A stretch of 26,161 bases of DNA, taken from the IMG/VR virus record IMGVR_UViG_3300011435_000036, positions 1-26,161 of that record; one strand, 5' to 3'. Origin of the DNA: a virus. Its lineage: Duplodnaviria > Caudoviricetes. Within the stretch, counting starts at the first letter, position 1. Each line of letters begins with the position of its first letter. Under the pieces are notes generated by a model, which was given only the letters and a program-made list of their open reading frames with translations, ran no database searches and was not told the origin of the DNA. A program made the translations under genes and the position numbers. Positions 16,445 to 25,225 of the stretch are shown in pieces.

Positions 16445-16696
16445 CTATATATTCAATGGCGGCTTAGGTAGTGGCCGCCAGTGGGATATGTCTTTATGCT
16501 CAAAATCAAACTCCCACTCGTAGCCACCAAATCCTACCCCACAGAGACTAGAAGAAATAGTATTTCCATCTGTGTAGTAGCTTACTTGACATATAGATAT
16601 TAGTTTCTGGTCAGTCCAGCTTGTAGCTGCTACTAGCACCGGAGTATCAGCCGGGATAGGCTTATCTTTAATGCTTATCCATGCGCTTCTTTTCAT
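16445..16696 (-). CDS. DUF551-like phage protein
   Basis: WISIKDK.P...VLV and ISHWRPLPKPP signatures. Confidence 0.8.
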   Translation of the reverse strand: MKRSAWISIKDKPIPADTPVLVAATSWTDQKLISICQVSYYTDGNTISSSLCGVGFGGYEWEFDFEHKDISHWRPLPKPPLNI

Positions 16697-16711
16697 AAGT
16701 AACCCCCTCTC

Positions 16712-17809
16712 CTATGCTTCTTCAAACCACATCGGTCTAGTAGCATTGCGAATAAGAGTAGCAATGTGGCCCTTCTTAGGGCCGTGCCGGTTCTTCTTGA
16801 CAACAAAGTGGAGAAAATCATCATTAGCCTCGTCTACTTCTAGGACAGCGTTCAGAGCACCGGCATAGTTAATCCCGCTCGATTCCTTGTAGTGCCCTTC
16901 CCAGCTTAGCTCGCTCGTAATGAGTACCGTAATGCCTTTATTAGTGAGTCCCTTGAAGGTGGAGAGCCAGCTATCGACTGACGAGCGTCGTTGATTAATT
17001 TGATAAGGTAAGGTTTGAATACTATCCACAACGATGCTGCTAGGGTTAGGTAGACTAGCCAAGTCACTATCGAGAGTATCAATGAAAGGACGGTAATAGA
17101 TATGCCTGCTCGCTTCAATGTAGTTCTCCTTCCCTACTGCCTGTTCGATCCTATAGCGCATCCAAGTCTCGCCAGTACCATCTACATCGTAGTAGATCAC
17201 TGGCTGCTGCTGAGCTAGCTCGATAGCTATCTGGAGCATCAAGGTAGACTTGCCTACTCCCTCTCTGCCGCCTATGATCCATACACCCTGCACGCCCCTA
17301 GCCGCTGCTGATATAGTAGGTAGAGATTCTATCTCCGCTCCCATCGGCGGATCGCCGGGCTTCAGCTCGGACATAGGCACTAGCTTCTCGCCAGCGTCTT
17401 TCTGCTTCTCGGCTATCTCGTTAAACTTCTTAAGGTCTACTAGTCCGTTGCCTAGCTGCTTGCTAGCTTCGTTAAGTATCTCTACAAGGGCTGCCTTTTG
17501 CTTAGAGACCCTAATAAGGACTTTGTGGTCTTTACTGCGGTAAATTTCTTGGATGGTTCTAAGAAACTCTTTTGTATCTGCCTCTGGTGCTCCAAGATTA
17601 GCCAAACAATGAGCGTATATTGTTGAGAGCTTGAAAGGTGCCGAAAGACCATTCTTAGCAAGTTGAGTAACAGCACTGTGTACGATCCTTCCTATTTTGC
17701 TAAGCTCTTTAGGGTCTAGGATACTAGGAGAAGCAGCCCCACAGACTATGGAAGCTATCAGCTCCTGCTCTAGTGCTGCCCCTATCTTAGCTGGCTGTTT
17801 CAATCTCAC
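16712..17809 (-). CDS. dnaB: DnaB-like (RecA-fold SF4) replicative helicase
   Basis: Walker A GREGVGKS, Walker B IVVDSIQ, KESSGI, KNRHG; N-terminal EQELIASIV. Confidence 0.8.
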   Translation of the reverse strand: MRLKQPAKIGAALEQELIASIVCGAASPSILDPKELSKIGRIVHSAVTQLAKNGLSAPFKLSTIYAHCLANLGAPEADTKEFLRTIQEIYRSKDHKVLIRVSKQKAALVEILNEASKQLGNGLVDLKKFNEIAEKQKDAGEKLVPMSELKPGDPPMGAEIESLPTISAAARGVQGVWIIGGREGVGKSTLMLQIAIELAQQQPVIYYDVDGTGETWMRYRIEQAVGKENYIEASRHIYYRPFIDTLDSDLASLPNPSSIVVDSIQTLPYQINQRRSSVDSWLSTFKGLTNKGITVLITSELSWEGHYKESSGINYAGALNAVLEVDEANDDFLHFVVKKNRHGPKKGHIATLIRNATRPMWFEEA

Positions 17810-17975
17810 CCCGCATCATGTCAGCTTTGATCTTGTCCATGATCGCAGTCTCGGCTGCTAGCTTTAGCTCGTCTTTATGAGTCTCGTAGTGAGCCATCAG
17901 CTTAGTAGCTTTGCCTACGATGCCTTCGCCACAGTGCTTGCACAGCCTGACTTTAATTTGATTCCGTTCCGCCAC
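17787..17975 (-). CDS. Small C2H2-type zinc-finger-like protein
   Basis: CKHC-x12-HYETH; start uncertain (17975 GTG or 17981 TTG). Confidence 0.6.
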   Translation of the reverse strand: MAERNQIKVRLCKHCGEGIVGKATKLMAHYETHKDELKLAAETAIMDKIKADMMRGEIETAS

Positions 17976-18510
17976 TTGCAACCCCCTTTGGCTTGTCGTC
18001 GTTTTCGAGAGTCATCTTATACAGATGATTCCCTGCGGTATGAAAAATAATTATCCCTTCAGGGTTAGGGAAGTCAGTGGCTATGCTGCCGTTCTCTCTT
18101 AGAAAGCGTATAGCCTCATAGACTGCATCTTCCGTGAATGGCCCTTGATAGATCATAGGCACTACATGACAGCACTCTGGGCGAACATCACTAGCAGCCC
18201 ATCGCGCAGTATTAAACAAGCTAAACCGCTTCTCTTTAAGGCCATACCCCCGGTTGATGCCTTGCCCCCACCACTCCCCGAAGTGCCTCCCCGGGCCTAG
18301 CTTAAGCAAGTCTTCTTTGTACCACTCAACCCATCTAGCGAAGCCATAATTATCAGAGCTAAACGTAAGCCATCGGTTACGGCTGCCAGCTAGTACGTCA
18401 CCATCCTCAGTAATCATCACTTGCGCGTTTGTCCCGTCTATCTTCTCGGTGATTACTATGTCGCGCGCGAATCTAGCTATCTTTCCAAAAGACTCAAACT
18501 TAGTCTCCAT
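17953..18510 (-). CDS. RNA ligase (Rnl2-like nucleotidyltransferase domain)
   Basis: TEKIDGTN (motif I), GSRNR, FGEWWG, FSLF, EGIII, terminal K; ATG 18510 after AGGAGG. Confidence 0.85.
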   Translation of the reverse strand: METKFESFGKIARFARDIVITEKIDGTNAQVMITEDGDVLAGSRNRWLTFSSDNYGFARWVEWYKEDLLKLGPGRHFGEWWGQGINRGYGLKEKRFSLFNTARWAASDVRPECCHVVPMIYQGPFTEDAVYEAIRFLRENGSIATDFPNPEGIIIFHTAGNHLYKMTLENDDKPKGVASGGTESN

Positions 18511-18712
18511 TGATAAGCCTCCTAGTTCTAGTGCGCAGCTCATACCGGCGAAGAGCCTCTGGGCTATAGTAGTAAGCTGGGGGAGGGGGCACCGGCCCTG
18601 TAATCTTGACTGTCTTCAGAGCCCTAGCTCGAAACTCCGCTTCTTTCTCTTCTAGCTTATCGAGCATATCGTGGTAGCGCATGCCCTCATAACCGCCTTC
18701 TACCCTAGCCAT
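18500..18712 (-). CDS. Hypothetical protein
   Basis: TAATG coupling at 18712; co-oriented with the operon. Confidence 0.5.
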   Translation of the reverse strand: MARVEGGYEGMRYHDMLDKLEEKEAEFRARALKTVKITGPVPPPPAYYYSPEALRRYELRTRTRRLINGD

Positions 18713-18966
18713 TATTGCTCCGCTCCGCATGAGCACTTGAACTCATGTTCATGTGGTTTAACTCGTATCTCTTCAATTTTGATGGACACCTTATCCCCTA
18801 CCTTAAGCGTGCGGTTAGGGATTAGGAATTGAATTTGCTTAAGTGGTACAGTGAAGCCACAATCGAATTGAAAATAAGGTTCTTCATCACACTTGCGTTT
18901 CACCGTACCTACTAGCCGGGTGAATATGTCAGACTTCATTTCTGAAACTGGTGGTAATTGCCACAT
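18712..18966 (-). CDS. Hypothetical protein
   Basis: GGAG RBS; TAATG coupling. Confidence 0.55.
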   Translation of the reverse strand: MWQLPPVSEMKSDIFTRLVGTVKRKCDEEPYFQFDCGFTVPLKQIQFLIPNRTLKVGDKVSIKIEEIRVKPHEHEFKCSCGAEQ

Positions 18967-19208
18967 TATCCTATCTCCTGTTCATCTTCAAAGCTGGAAC
19001 TCTCGGGCTTAGCAGGCATACCGGCTGCTAGTCGAGCGGCTTTCATCCTAGCAGGGAATTGTCGGCATGACTTACAAATCCAAACTGACTCACTCTTACC
19101 ATAGTGGGTCTTGACACCCTTGGCAATGTCTTTGATAGTTACCGGGACTGCTTCCATGTCCATAGCACAGTCACAACCATGACACTTAGCGTGGATCGTC
19201 TTTTGCAT
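18966..19208 (-). CDS. Small Zn-ribbon-like protein
   Basis: CHGC...CKSC; GGAGG RBS. Confidence 0.6.
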   Translation of the reverse strand: MQKTIHAKCHGCDCAMDMEAVPVTIKDIAKGVKTHYGKSESVWICKSCRQFPARMKAARLAAGMPAKPESSSFEDEQEIG

Positions 19209-19209
19209 C

Positions 19210-19884
19210 CTATACCCTCCAAGGTTTTTTGTTCTGCCAGCGCCACACGTCTAGTGCAGCTAAAGCAGGCTCTAGTAGAGAGGCCGTAACTTGAGGAACT
19301 TCCTTGGTATATACGTCTTTGTCTTTAGGTATATACACCAAGAGCCCGCCCCCTGTCACCATACCTTCCTCTACTAGAGCCTGTTGATAGGCGTAGTTCT
19401 GGAGTTCATGCTCGGGGTAACTGCCCTTACCAGTCTTCCAGTCTATGACTATGTTATGATCGGTCACTAGCGCATCCAGCGTGCCAGCAAATCCGTACTT
19501 CATAGACTTAACTACACGCTCAGCACCTTTAAGCTCGTATCCTTTAGATTCCCACCACTCCACCCATTTATCGTAGACCTTCTTTTCGTCTTTGGTCATC
19601 TTAGGAAGCTTAAGGTCCTTGAGCGTGTAGTCTATCGCCTTGTGAATCTTACTACCCCAATCCCTAGCTATCTGGCTATATAGATCATAGCCGTATGGCT
19701 GCTTAGCAGCTATGTATTCCTGAATACGATTTATACCAGCCCCCTTGTCTATCAGAGCTTGTATAAGCTCCCTTTCCATCTTGGCAGCCCAAGGAATCAG
19801 GAAGGGTTTGCTAATCACGTCTAGGAAAGTAGTCACCGAAACATACTTTCTAGGATCACCGGGGAAGTCGTAATATCTGCTCAT
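19210..19884 (-). CDS. PD-(D/E)XK exonuclease (lambda exo/Cas4-like)
   Basis: SVTT, GSKIH, AE..V, FAGTLD, IDWKTG, LQ..AY. Confidence 0.88.
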   Translation of the reverse strand: MSRYYDFPGDPRKYVSVTTFLDVISKPFLIPWAAKMERELIQALIDKGAGINRIQEYIAAKQPYGYDLYSQIARDWGSKIHKAIDYTLKDLKLPKMTKDEKKVYDKWVEWWESKGYELKGAERVVKSMKYGFAGTLDALVTDHNIVIDWKTGKGSYPEHELQNYAYQQALVEEGMVTGGGLLVYIPKDKDVYTKEVPQVTASLLEPALAALDVWRWQNKKPWRV

Positions 19885-20279
19885 TAAAACTCCGGCTCTT
19901 GTTCACCTTCGTCTGGGCCTTCTTCTTCCTCTTGCTGTTGTTGCTTCTTGAACGGGTTAGGCTTCTTATTAAATCCGCCACTCTTCTTAAAACCACCCGG
20001 CTTCTTAAAAGCACCACCACCTTGCCCTTCGTTGTTCTCGAAGACAGCTAGCCCAACGGGGAGCTGAGCCTCGAAAGCGTTACTAAGGAACTCTAGGACT
20101 TCGCCTAGCCGGTCATCCTTGAGAGTACCCCGGTAGATTGGTCCACCTTCAGTGTTATCCCACAGCCCGAAGTTAGGGCCTTTGATATAGCCGTTGCCCT
20201 GCTTGACTGACATAGCCACAGACAGTACCGGCTTAGTTGCACCTTTGCGCCCGCCGCCGCTTCTTCGTTGAAATGCCAT
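19884..20279 (-). CDS. Single-stranded DNA-binding protein-like
   Basis: Beta core, Gly-rich linker, acidic tail ending in EPEF; next to the exonuclease. Confidence 0.6.
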   Translation of the reverse strand: MAFQRRSGGGRKGATKPVLSVAMSVKQGNGYIKGPNFGLWDNTEGGPIYRGTLKDDRLGEVLEFLSNAFEAQLPVGLAVFENNEGQGGGAFKKPGGFKKSGGFNKKPNPFKKQQQQEEEEGPDEGEQEPEF

Positions 20280-20280
20280 G

Positions 20281-20568
20281 CTAATCTACCTCCCTTAGTT
20301 CTAGGTTGAATGAAAACGGTTTGATTTTGTGGCGCTTGATAGGGTCATCTGATAGGTCATCGAATCTCTGTATGAGCTTCCGCACCTTACCAGGAAAGTA
20401 GAAGCAGTAAAACTTTTTTCCACGCCTAAACTCTGTATGAGTTTCTTCTACTTTAACTTTTGAGCACCCCTTATCTTTCATAGCAAGAGCAACCATGCAA
20501 AAACTAGCCTGCTCTGGCACACCATTCTTGATATGCTTCTTGAGCACGTCAATCTTGATTGCTTTCAT
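20281..20568 (-). CDS. Hypothetical basic phage protein
   Basis: KHI..G.P....C.VALA pattern; coupled start. Confidence 0.6.
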   Translation of the reverse strand: MKAIKIDVLKKHIKNGVPEQASFCMVALAMKDKGCSKVKVEETHTEFRRGKKFYCFYFPGKVRKLIQRFDDLSDDPIKRHKIKPFSFNLELREVD

Positions 20569-21035
20569 TAGTGAACCCCCTTTTTATCTTCACCGTAGCT
20601 AGCGGCTACCGCGCGTACTTGGGCCATATCGGGGACTGTTATGCAGAACGCTTCTAGGACTTGCCGGATGTAGGACATGAGAGCATCGGTAGGGTCTACC
20701 TTAGCTTCCATGCCAGCGGATACTATGGTGATAAGGCCATTAGCGAAACGATGCTCGAAGGAGTCTTCATGCCCACACGGTAGTACGGGGTAAGCTTCTT
20801 TAGGTCGTAAATCCCTTGGCTTACCTAGTTTGTATTTGGAGTTAAGAGTCTGGACAACAGCCCCTTCGCGTATAGGATCGGAAGTTGTTATCCTGGAAGT
20901 ATGCATCAGCGTTCCGTCAGTAAAGCGACCCTTAGTGTCTCCGGTGATCTTCCCGACGAGCACAGCATAGCCGTCTGAAGCTATCTCGACTCTCCAATCA
21001 TCCAACAGCCCATTAATATCTTCTTCCATAGTCAC
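20568..21035 (-). CDS. Hypothetical phage protein
   Basis: G.I.GD.KGRF.DG..M.TS.I...V.T.NS.YKL small domain; start at 21035 or 21029. Confidence 0.65.
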   Translation of the reverse strand: MTMEEDINGLLDDWRVEIASDGYAVLVGKITGDTKGRFTDGTLMHTSRITTSDPIREGAVVQTLNSKYKLGKPRDLRPKEAYPVLPCGHEDSFEHRFANGLITIVSAGMEAKVDPTDALMSYIRQVLEAFCITVPDMAQVRAVAASYGEDKKGVH

Positions 21036-21047
21036 CGCCTTTCAGCT

Positions 21048-21075
21048 AGTATAAGCACGCCTATAAGATTGTCAA
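21048..21075 (-). promoter_or_regulatory. Sigma-70-type promoter
   Basis: Minus strand TTGACA-16 nt-TATACT in the 40-bp gap after the polymerase stop. Confidence 0.7.
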
Positions 21076-23031
21076 CTACCATCGTTCAGAAATCTTCGGT
21101 TCGATCTTAAGCTTAATGTCAAACCCCGGTATAAGCTTCTTTAAGCTTGGGGGCTCTGCCATCGTGTCTAGTATAACCTTCTGGTATTCCTGGCTATACA
21201 CTGGCAAATCCCATGTCAGCTCGTCGTGTACTTCGTTTATTAAGATGGGCATTGAAGGGGTAGCCTGTTCTCTTAACATGCTTTGCCATTCTCGATAGGT
21301 CATTCCTTCACAAGCTAGCATTGCAGCTTCACAGTCTATCATAGCGCACCCCGTCACCATACTAGCTAAATGCTGGACTGGCGTGTTTATTGCCTGATTG
21401 GTTAAGGCCCAATACCGCTCGCTCCGTTCTCCGTGGTGCGGCAAATGCCGGGTGTAACCGTCAGCGCATACTATCTTCCCTGTCTGCGCTAGCTCGATCT
21501 TCTGCTTCTCCATGTAACGAACCCACCCCGGAAATAAACCTAAAATTTGGTTTCGCACCTTCTCGGTTTGCTTCCTATGCTTGCTATAGTCTTCGCTGAA
21601 CTTGAAGTCTAGTATCTTCCAGAGATTGCTAGACATTTTAGGTTCTTGCATATTGTAGAAGATTCCTAGAGTCATATTTTTGATTGCACGGTAAATCTTG
21701 CTAGTCTTATCTATGTCTTGGTGCAGAACCCGCTTGCAAATATCGAGATAGCCCCTGCCATTGTAGAAGAAGTCAAATAAGTTCGAGTCTTGAGAGAGCC
21801 ATGATGCTAGGATAGGCTCTAGCGACTGGTAATCAAACGCCCCGATACTGCCGCCACGGAATCGAGAGACTATCATGTGCTTGGCATCAGGCGGCCAGTT
21901 CTGCGCGTTCTTGCTACTAGGTACACCCTCGTTCTCACCACCGCTAGACCGTCTGCCGGTGCGTGTTCCTAGCTGGTTAATCCAGAAGTGCAAGTAGCCC
22001 TGCTTGTCTATGTGCTCTTCTATGTCACCGTAGACGCTATCAATCTTCTGGAGCTGATTGTACTCTAGCAGAGTAGGTATAAACCCCACTCCCTGCTGCG
22101 CGTACTGCTTCAAGTTAATCTTGTCCACAGAAGGTTTCTTATGCTTGGTGTAGCTGATAGGGTCTATCCCTAGCTTGTCAAACAGTAAGTAGCGAATATC
22201 ATCGTCTTTAGTAGGGATAAAAGGCTCCTGCTTATCCCAGCCAGCCTCGACCGCCATAGTGCGCAAGGCAATCTCTCTAGTGCTCATGTGCATGTTAGTA
22301 GCAGTCTTGAAAGTGTATAAGTATTCCTTGTCAACCTTAGCTCCCGCTAATCCTATCCGGTAGAGGGTCATAGAAATCCGGTGCATAGTCTCTACAAGCA
22401 AGCGCGGCTGCGCGCTATTGACTAATAGCGGGTAGAACTTCTTAGCCAACATGAACGTAGCCCATGAGTCGGTACGGCAACGTGTCTCTCGCTCTTCGGG
22501 AGTCCAGTCCCTAGCATCTCCTGTCTCTTTTAGCTTAGCGTCTGTCTCGGCTTTCCAAGGCTTAGTGTTATAAGCCGTCAGTGTAAGTTGCTCTAGCCCG
22601 TAAGAACCCCTGGGTTTATTCTCGTCTAGCAGCTTAGCGAGTACGAAAGTGTCTATCAGCTTGCGCCCGGCATACCAATCTTCTTTGACGCGCAAGCCAG
22701 CCTTTGCTAGCTGGTCTATGTCGCCTGGTATATTATGACCTACTAGATACGAGGCTTCGTCTAGTAGGACACTAGCTGTGCTAGGGTAGTAGGCTTTGTC
22801 AGTTATGTCACGCGCGATTGCCGCTTTGCCATTAGCAAAGCCTAGAGTTATCAGCTCACCATCTGGGTCATACTCGGTATCTACCCCTAGCGTATTACCT
22901 GAAGGGTAGGTCACTATCGGCGCAGGAATAGGCTCGGCAGCCAGCAGCTTAATATCGTCTATAATATGCTGCTCATGGTAGAACAAGCCTTCTAGCACCT
23001 TGTCTATCCCGTATGTGATTCGTAGTTTCAT
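21076..23031 (-). CDS. polA: Family A DNA polymerase with 3'-5' exonuclease domain (Leu762 type)
   Basis: ExoI DTE, ExoII GHN..GD; TRTGR.SS, NAQN.P, motif A DYQSLE, motif B RAIKNMTLGIFY, motif C VHDE. Confidence 0.95.
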   Translation of the reverse strand: MKLRITYGIDKVLEGLFYHEQHIIDDIKLLAAEPIPAPIVTYPSGNTLGVDTEYDPDGELITLGFANGKAAIARDITDKAYYPSTASVLLDEASYLVGHNIPGDIDQLAKAGLRVKEDWYAGRKLIDTFVLAKLLDENKPRGSYGLEQLTLTAYNTKPWKAETDAKLKETGDARDWTPEERETRCRTDSWATFMLAKKFYPLLVNSAQPRLLVETMHRISMTLYRIGLAGAKVDKEYLYTFKTATNMHMSTREIALRTMAVEAGWDKQEPFIPTKDDDIRYLLFDKLGIDPISYTKHKKPSVDKINLKQYAQQGVGFIPTLLEYNQLQKIDSVYGDIEEHIDKQGYLHFWINQLGTRTGRRSSGGENEGVPSSKNAQNWPPDAKHMIVSRFRGGSIGAFDYQSLEPILASWLSQDSNLFDFFYNGRGYLDICKRVLHQDIDKTSKIYRAIKNMTLGIFYNMQEPKMSSNLWKILDFKFSEDYSKHRKQTEKVRNQILGLFPGWVRYMEKQKIELAQTGKIVCADGYTRHLPHHGERSERYWALTNQAINTPVQHLASMVTGCAMIDCEAAMLACEGMTYREWQSMLREQATPSMPILINEVHDELTWDLPVYSQEYQKVILDTMAEPPSLKKLIPGFDIKLKIEPKISERW

Positions 23032-23372
23032 TTAGGTTCAGCTAGCTCCGCTTTCTTCTTGCTGGGCTTCTTAATTCCGAACTCATATTCAAAATCTCTC
23101 CCTCTAAGCTTGCTGATATTCACCGCGCTAGTATCGAGAGCCAGCCTAGCCGCAGTCTCGCCAGCAGCTATAATATAGTCGAACTTGTGCTGCTTGATAA
23201 CTTCGTCTAGCTTAGGCTTTAGCTCGCGCAGAGCTTTCATGGTTGGCTTGCTTGCTAGTGCCGGGTACAGACTAAAAAGCATAAACTGGTAGCCTGGCAT
23301 AGTAGCCCGCGTGATTAGCCGCCTCATGCTTGCCTCTTCCTCCGTGGAAGCTACTACTATTAGGATGTTCAT
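23028..23372 (-). CDS. Degenerate uracil-DNA-glycosylase-like domain (N-terminal part), polymerase-associated
   Basis: KPT...L..L...I...K.DYIIAAGETA....L....ISKLRG pattern of family-4 UDG folds; ATGA overlaps on both sides. Confidence 0.6.
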   Translation of the reverse strand: MNILIVVASTEEEASMRRLITRATMPGYQFMLFSLYPALASKPTMKALRELKPKLDEVIKQHKFDYIIAAGETAARLALDTSAVNISKLRGRDFEYEFGIKKPSKKKAELAEPK

Positions 23373-23977
23373 CCTAGCAACTTCTCCCTTTCCCATCTAG
23401 GCATCTGGTCTAGGTCTTTGCATGTCGGCATGACTATCTTAGGATTAAGCTCCCTGAAATTGTCTATGAACTCAGGAGCATCTAGGTCAGGCACTATCCA
23501 AACATCCGTCAAACCTAAAGCAATAATCTTACGCTTGATATGCTCCAGAACTTCTTCGCTAGGGGCAGCCCCCATCGTAGCAATCGACGGGTAGAACTCA
23601 GCAGCAGCTAGTGACTTCATAGGGCCTTCTGTGATTACTACTGTATGCAAGGCATTGGGGTTTTGCTTCTGGGGCCAAAGCATAACGATACTGTCTCGTC
23701 GGGGAATAGGGGGAGAGTCGTAGCGTAATGGGTCATTGACCATAGACCTAGCTTGCCAGTAGTGGAAGCCAATGCTGTTTACGCAGGGGATAACTATGCG
23801 AGCACCCTTGCTTAGGGTAGGATACCAACCATTACCCCTAGCTAGTTGATAGCTAAGTTCACGGTCATGCAAGTAAGCCAGCATCATAGGGGATATGTCG
23901 GGTCTAGGTGCAGGCATCGGTAAGTAAGTTACTTCACCGTTGTTAGCACGTTCTTTCTTCTCATGCTCGTAGATCAC
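23369..23977 (-). CDS. TOPRIM-domain DNA primase
   Basis: RIVIP, YWQAR, RYDSP, VVITEG, IVPDLD, KDLD. Confidence 0.82.
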   Translation of the reverse strand: MIYEHEKKERANNGEVTYLPMPAPRPDISPMMLAYLHDRELSYQLARGNGWYPTLSKGARIVIPCVNSIGFHYWQARSMVNDPLRYDSPPIPRRDSIVMLWPQKQNPNALHTVVITEGPMKSLAAAEFYPSIATMGAAPSEEVLEHIKRKIIALGLTDVWIVPDLDAPEFIDNFRELNPKIVMPTCKDLDQMPRWEREKLLG

Positions 23978-24507
23978 CCTAGCACCCCCTCGGCAAACTT
24001 CTGTAAGCTCTTACAGGCGTACCAGTATGTATCAGGGGATATATCGTTTGGCAAGGGGCTAACCTTACCTTTGCCACCGATACCATACTTAGCGAATAGT
24101 CTTAGAGTTCTGGCATGCTTTGTGCGCTGCCCTGGTTTTCCTCTACCAGCGTCAGACTCTATGGCCGCGTCATAAACTTTCTTGTAGTTCATAGCTTGCT
24201 CAGCTTGTACTGCCATGTTCGTAGCTACAAGCTTAGAAGGGTTGATATTATCTAATGGTACTGTCGGGAGAAGCTTCACAGTAGCCCGCCCCCTCCAGGA
24301 AGGCCAGCCACACAAGTGCGCTAGCTCGACTAGCATGTGTTGTTTAATGGACTTGATAGGAAAGTATTCAGCATCTTTGTAGAGCCAATAACCCTCTAGT
24401 CCAGCTTGGCATAAATCTTTCTGGGCCTGCACTACATCACCTATAACGTAACGGTTTTGACGTGCCATCTTCCAGGCCATCTTACTAATCAATTCAATCT
24501 CAGTCAT
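23974..24507 (-). CDS. Sigma-70-like transcription factor
   Basis: KMAW...DLCQAGLEG region-2 signature; degenerate region-4-like C-terminus. Confidence 0.55.
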   Translation of the reverse strand: MTEIELISKMAWKMARQNRYVIGDVVQAQKDLCQAGLEGYWLYKDAEYFPIKSIKQHMLVELAHLCGWPSWRGRATVKLLPTVPLDNINPSKLVATNMAVQAEQAMNYKKVYDAAIESDAGRGKPGQRTKHARTLRLFAKYGIGGKGKVSPLPNDISPDTYWYACKSLQKFAEGVLG

Positions 24508-25000
24508 TCAACTTGCCACTATCTTTCATCCAACGTGTATTAAACTTGTGGCGCATTTCTGGGGTCAGAGCACGCCATAGGTCATCAACCATTGGCTCTA
24601 GCTCTGCCACTCTAGCCCTTAAAGTAGCAGTTTGGCTAATCTCTGCTCTCCTAGCTTCAGCATAGGTCGTCATAGGGGTTAGGGGCTTTACTATTTCATC
24701 AACCATACCGACTACTTCATCATCGAAGTCTACCACGGCCATATCGCCTATCACCAGTAGTTCATGTATAAGCCTATCGCGCTCGGCTAGGTATCCCTGC
24801 GAAATAGATAGCCAATGCGCCATAGATGCCTCGTGCTCGGCTCGTAGCTCATCACGCTCATTGCCCAACTCCCGCAGCGCAGCGGCCACCTCTTCATGCC
24901 AGTAGCCAGCACAGCTAGAAAAATGGCCTTCTCTGCCATCACGGTTGTTGCAATCGCATGGTAATAGCCGCTCGGTTTGCTCATCATACTTGTCTTTCAT
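24500..25000 (-). CDS. Hypothetical coiled-coil protein
   Basis: CDC...H...C N-terminus; LRARVAELE coiled coil. Confidence 0.6.
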   Translation of the reverse strand: MKDKYDEQTERLLPCDCNNRDGREGHFSSCAGYWHEEVAAALRELGNERDELRAEHEASMAHWLSISQGYLAERDRLIHELLVIGDMAVVDFDDEVVGMVDEIVKPLTPMTTYAEARRAEISQTATLRARVAELEPMVDDLWRALTPEMRHKFNTRWMKDSGKLND

Positions 25001-25224
25001 AAAACCTCCACCTTATGCCAACGGTCTTTCTTGTAAAGATAGGCTCGCTCTTCTAGGAGTTGAAGCTCTTTAAGCTTACGCTCAATTTCAGATTTTAGAC
25101 GTGATTGAACGATAATAGCGTCACCAACACTGTCGTATTCCTTCTCCCAATGCCAGAACAACCGCCCGGGTCTAGCTATACGGTAAACACCCCCTCGCTG
25201 GAATAGCTGATAGGACCTTTTCAT
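24997..25224 (-). CDS. Hypothetical protein
   Basis: ATG 25224 after AGGGGG; ATGA coupling downstream. Confidence 0.55.
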   Translation of the reverse strand: MKRSYQLFQRGGVYRIARPGRLFWHWEKEYDSVGDAIIVQSRLKSEIERKLKELQLLEERAYLYKKDRWHKVEVL

Positions 25225-25225
25225 G

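Noticed and set aside
19210-19884. CRISPR-Cas (Cas4-like nuclease)
   Set aside because: No repeat-spacer array or other cas genes; ordinary phage recombination exonuclease context next to an SSB-like gene
14157-23031. Z-genome (2-aminoadenine) or 7-deazaguanine system
   Set aside because: DUF5664 and a PolA are present but no purZ, dpdA or que genes are visible; kept only as a hypothesis
330-24987. Other short opposite-strand or nested ORFs in the track (e.g. 3415-3984, 11570-11959, 14298-14684, 17250-17543)
   Set aside because: Fully overlap well-supported genes and show no RBS or motif support
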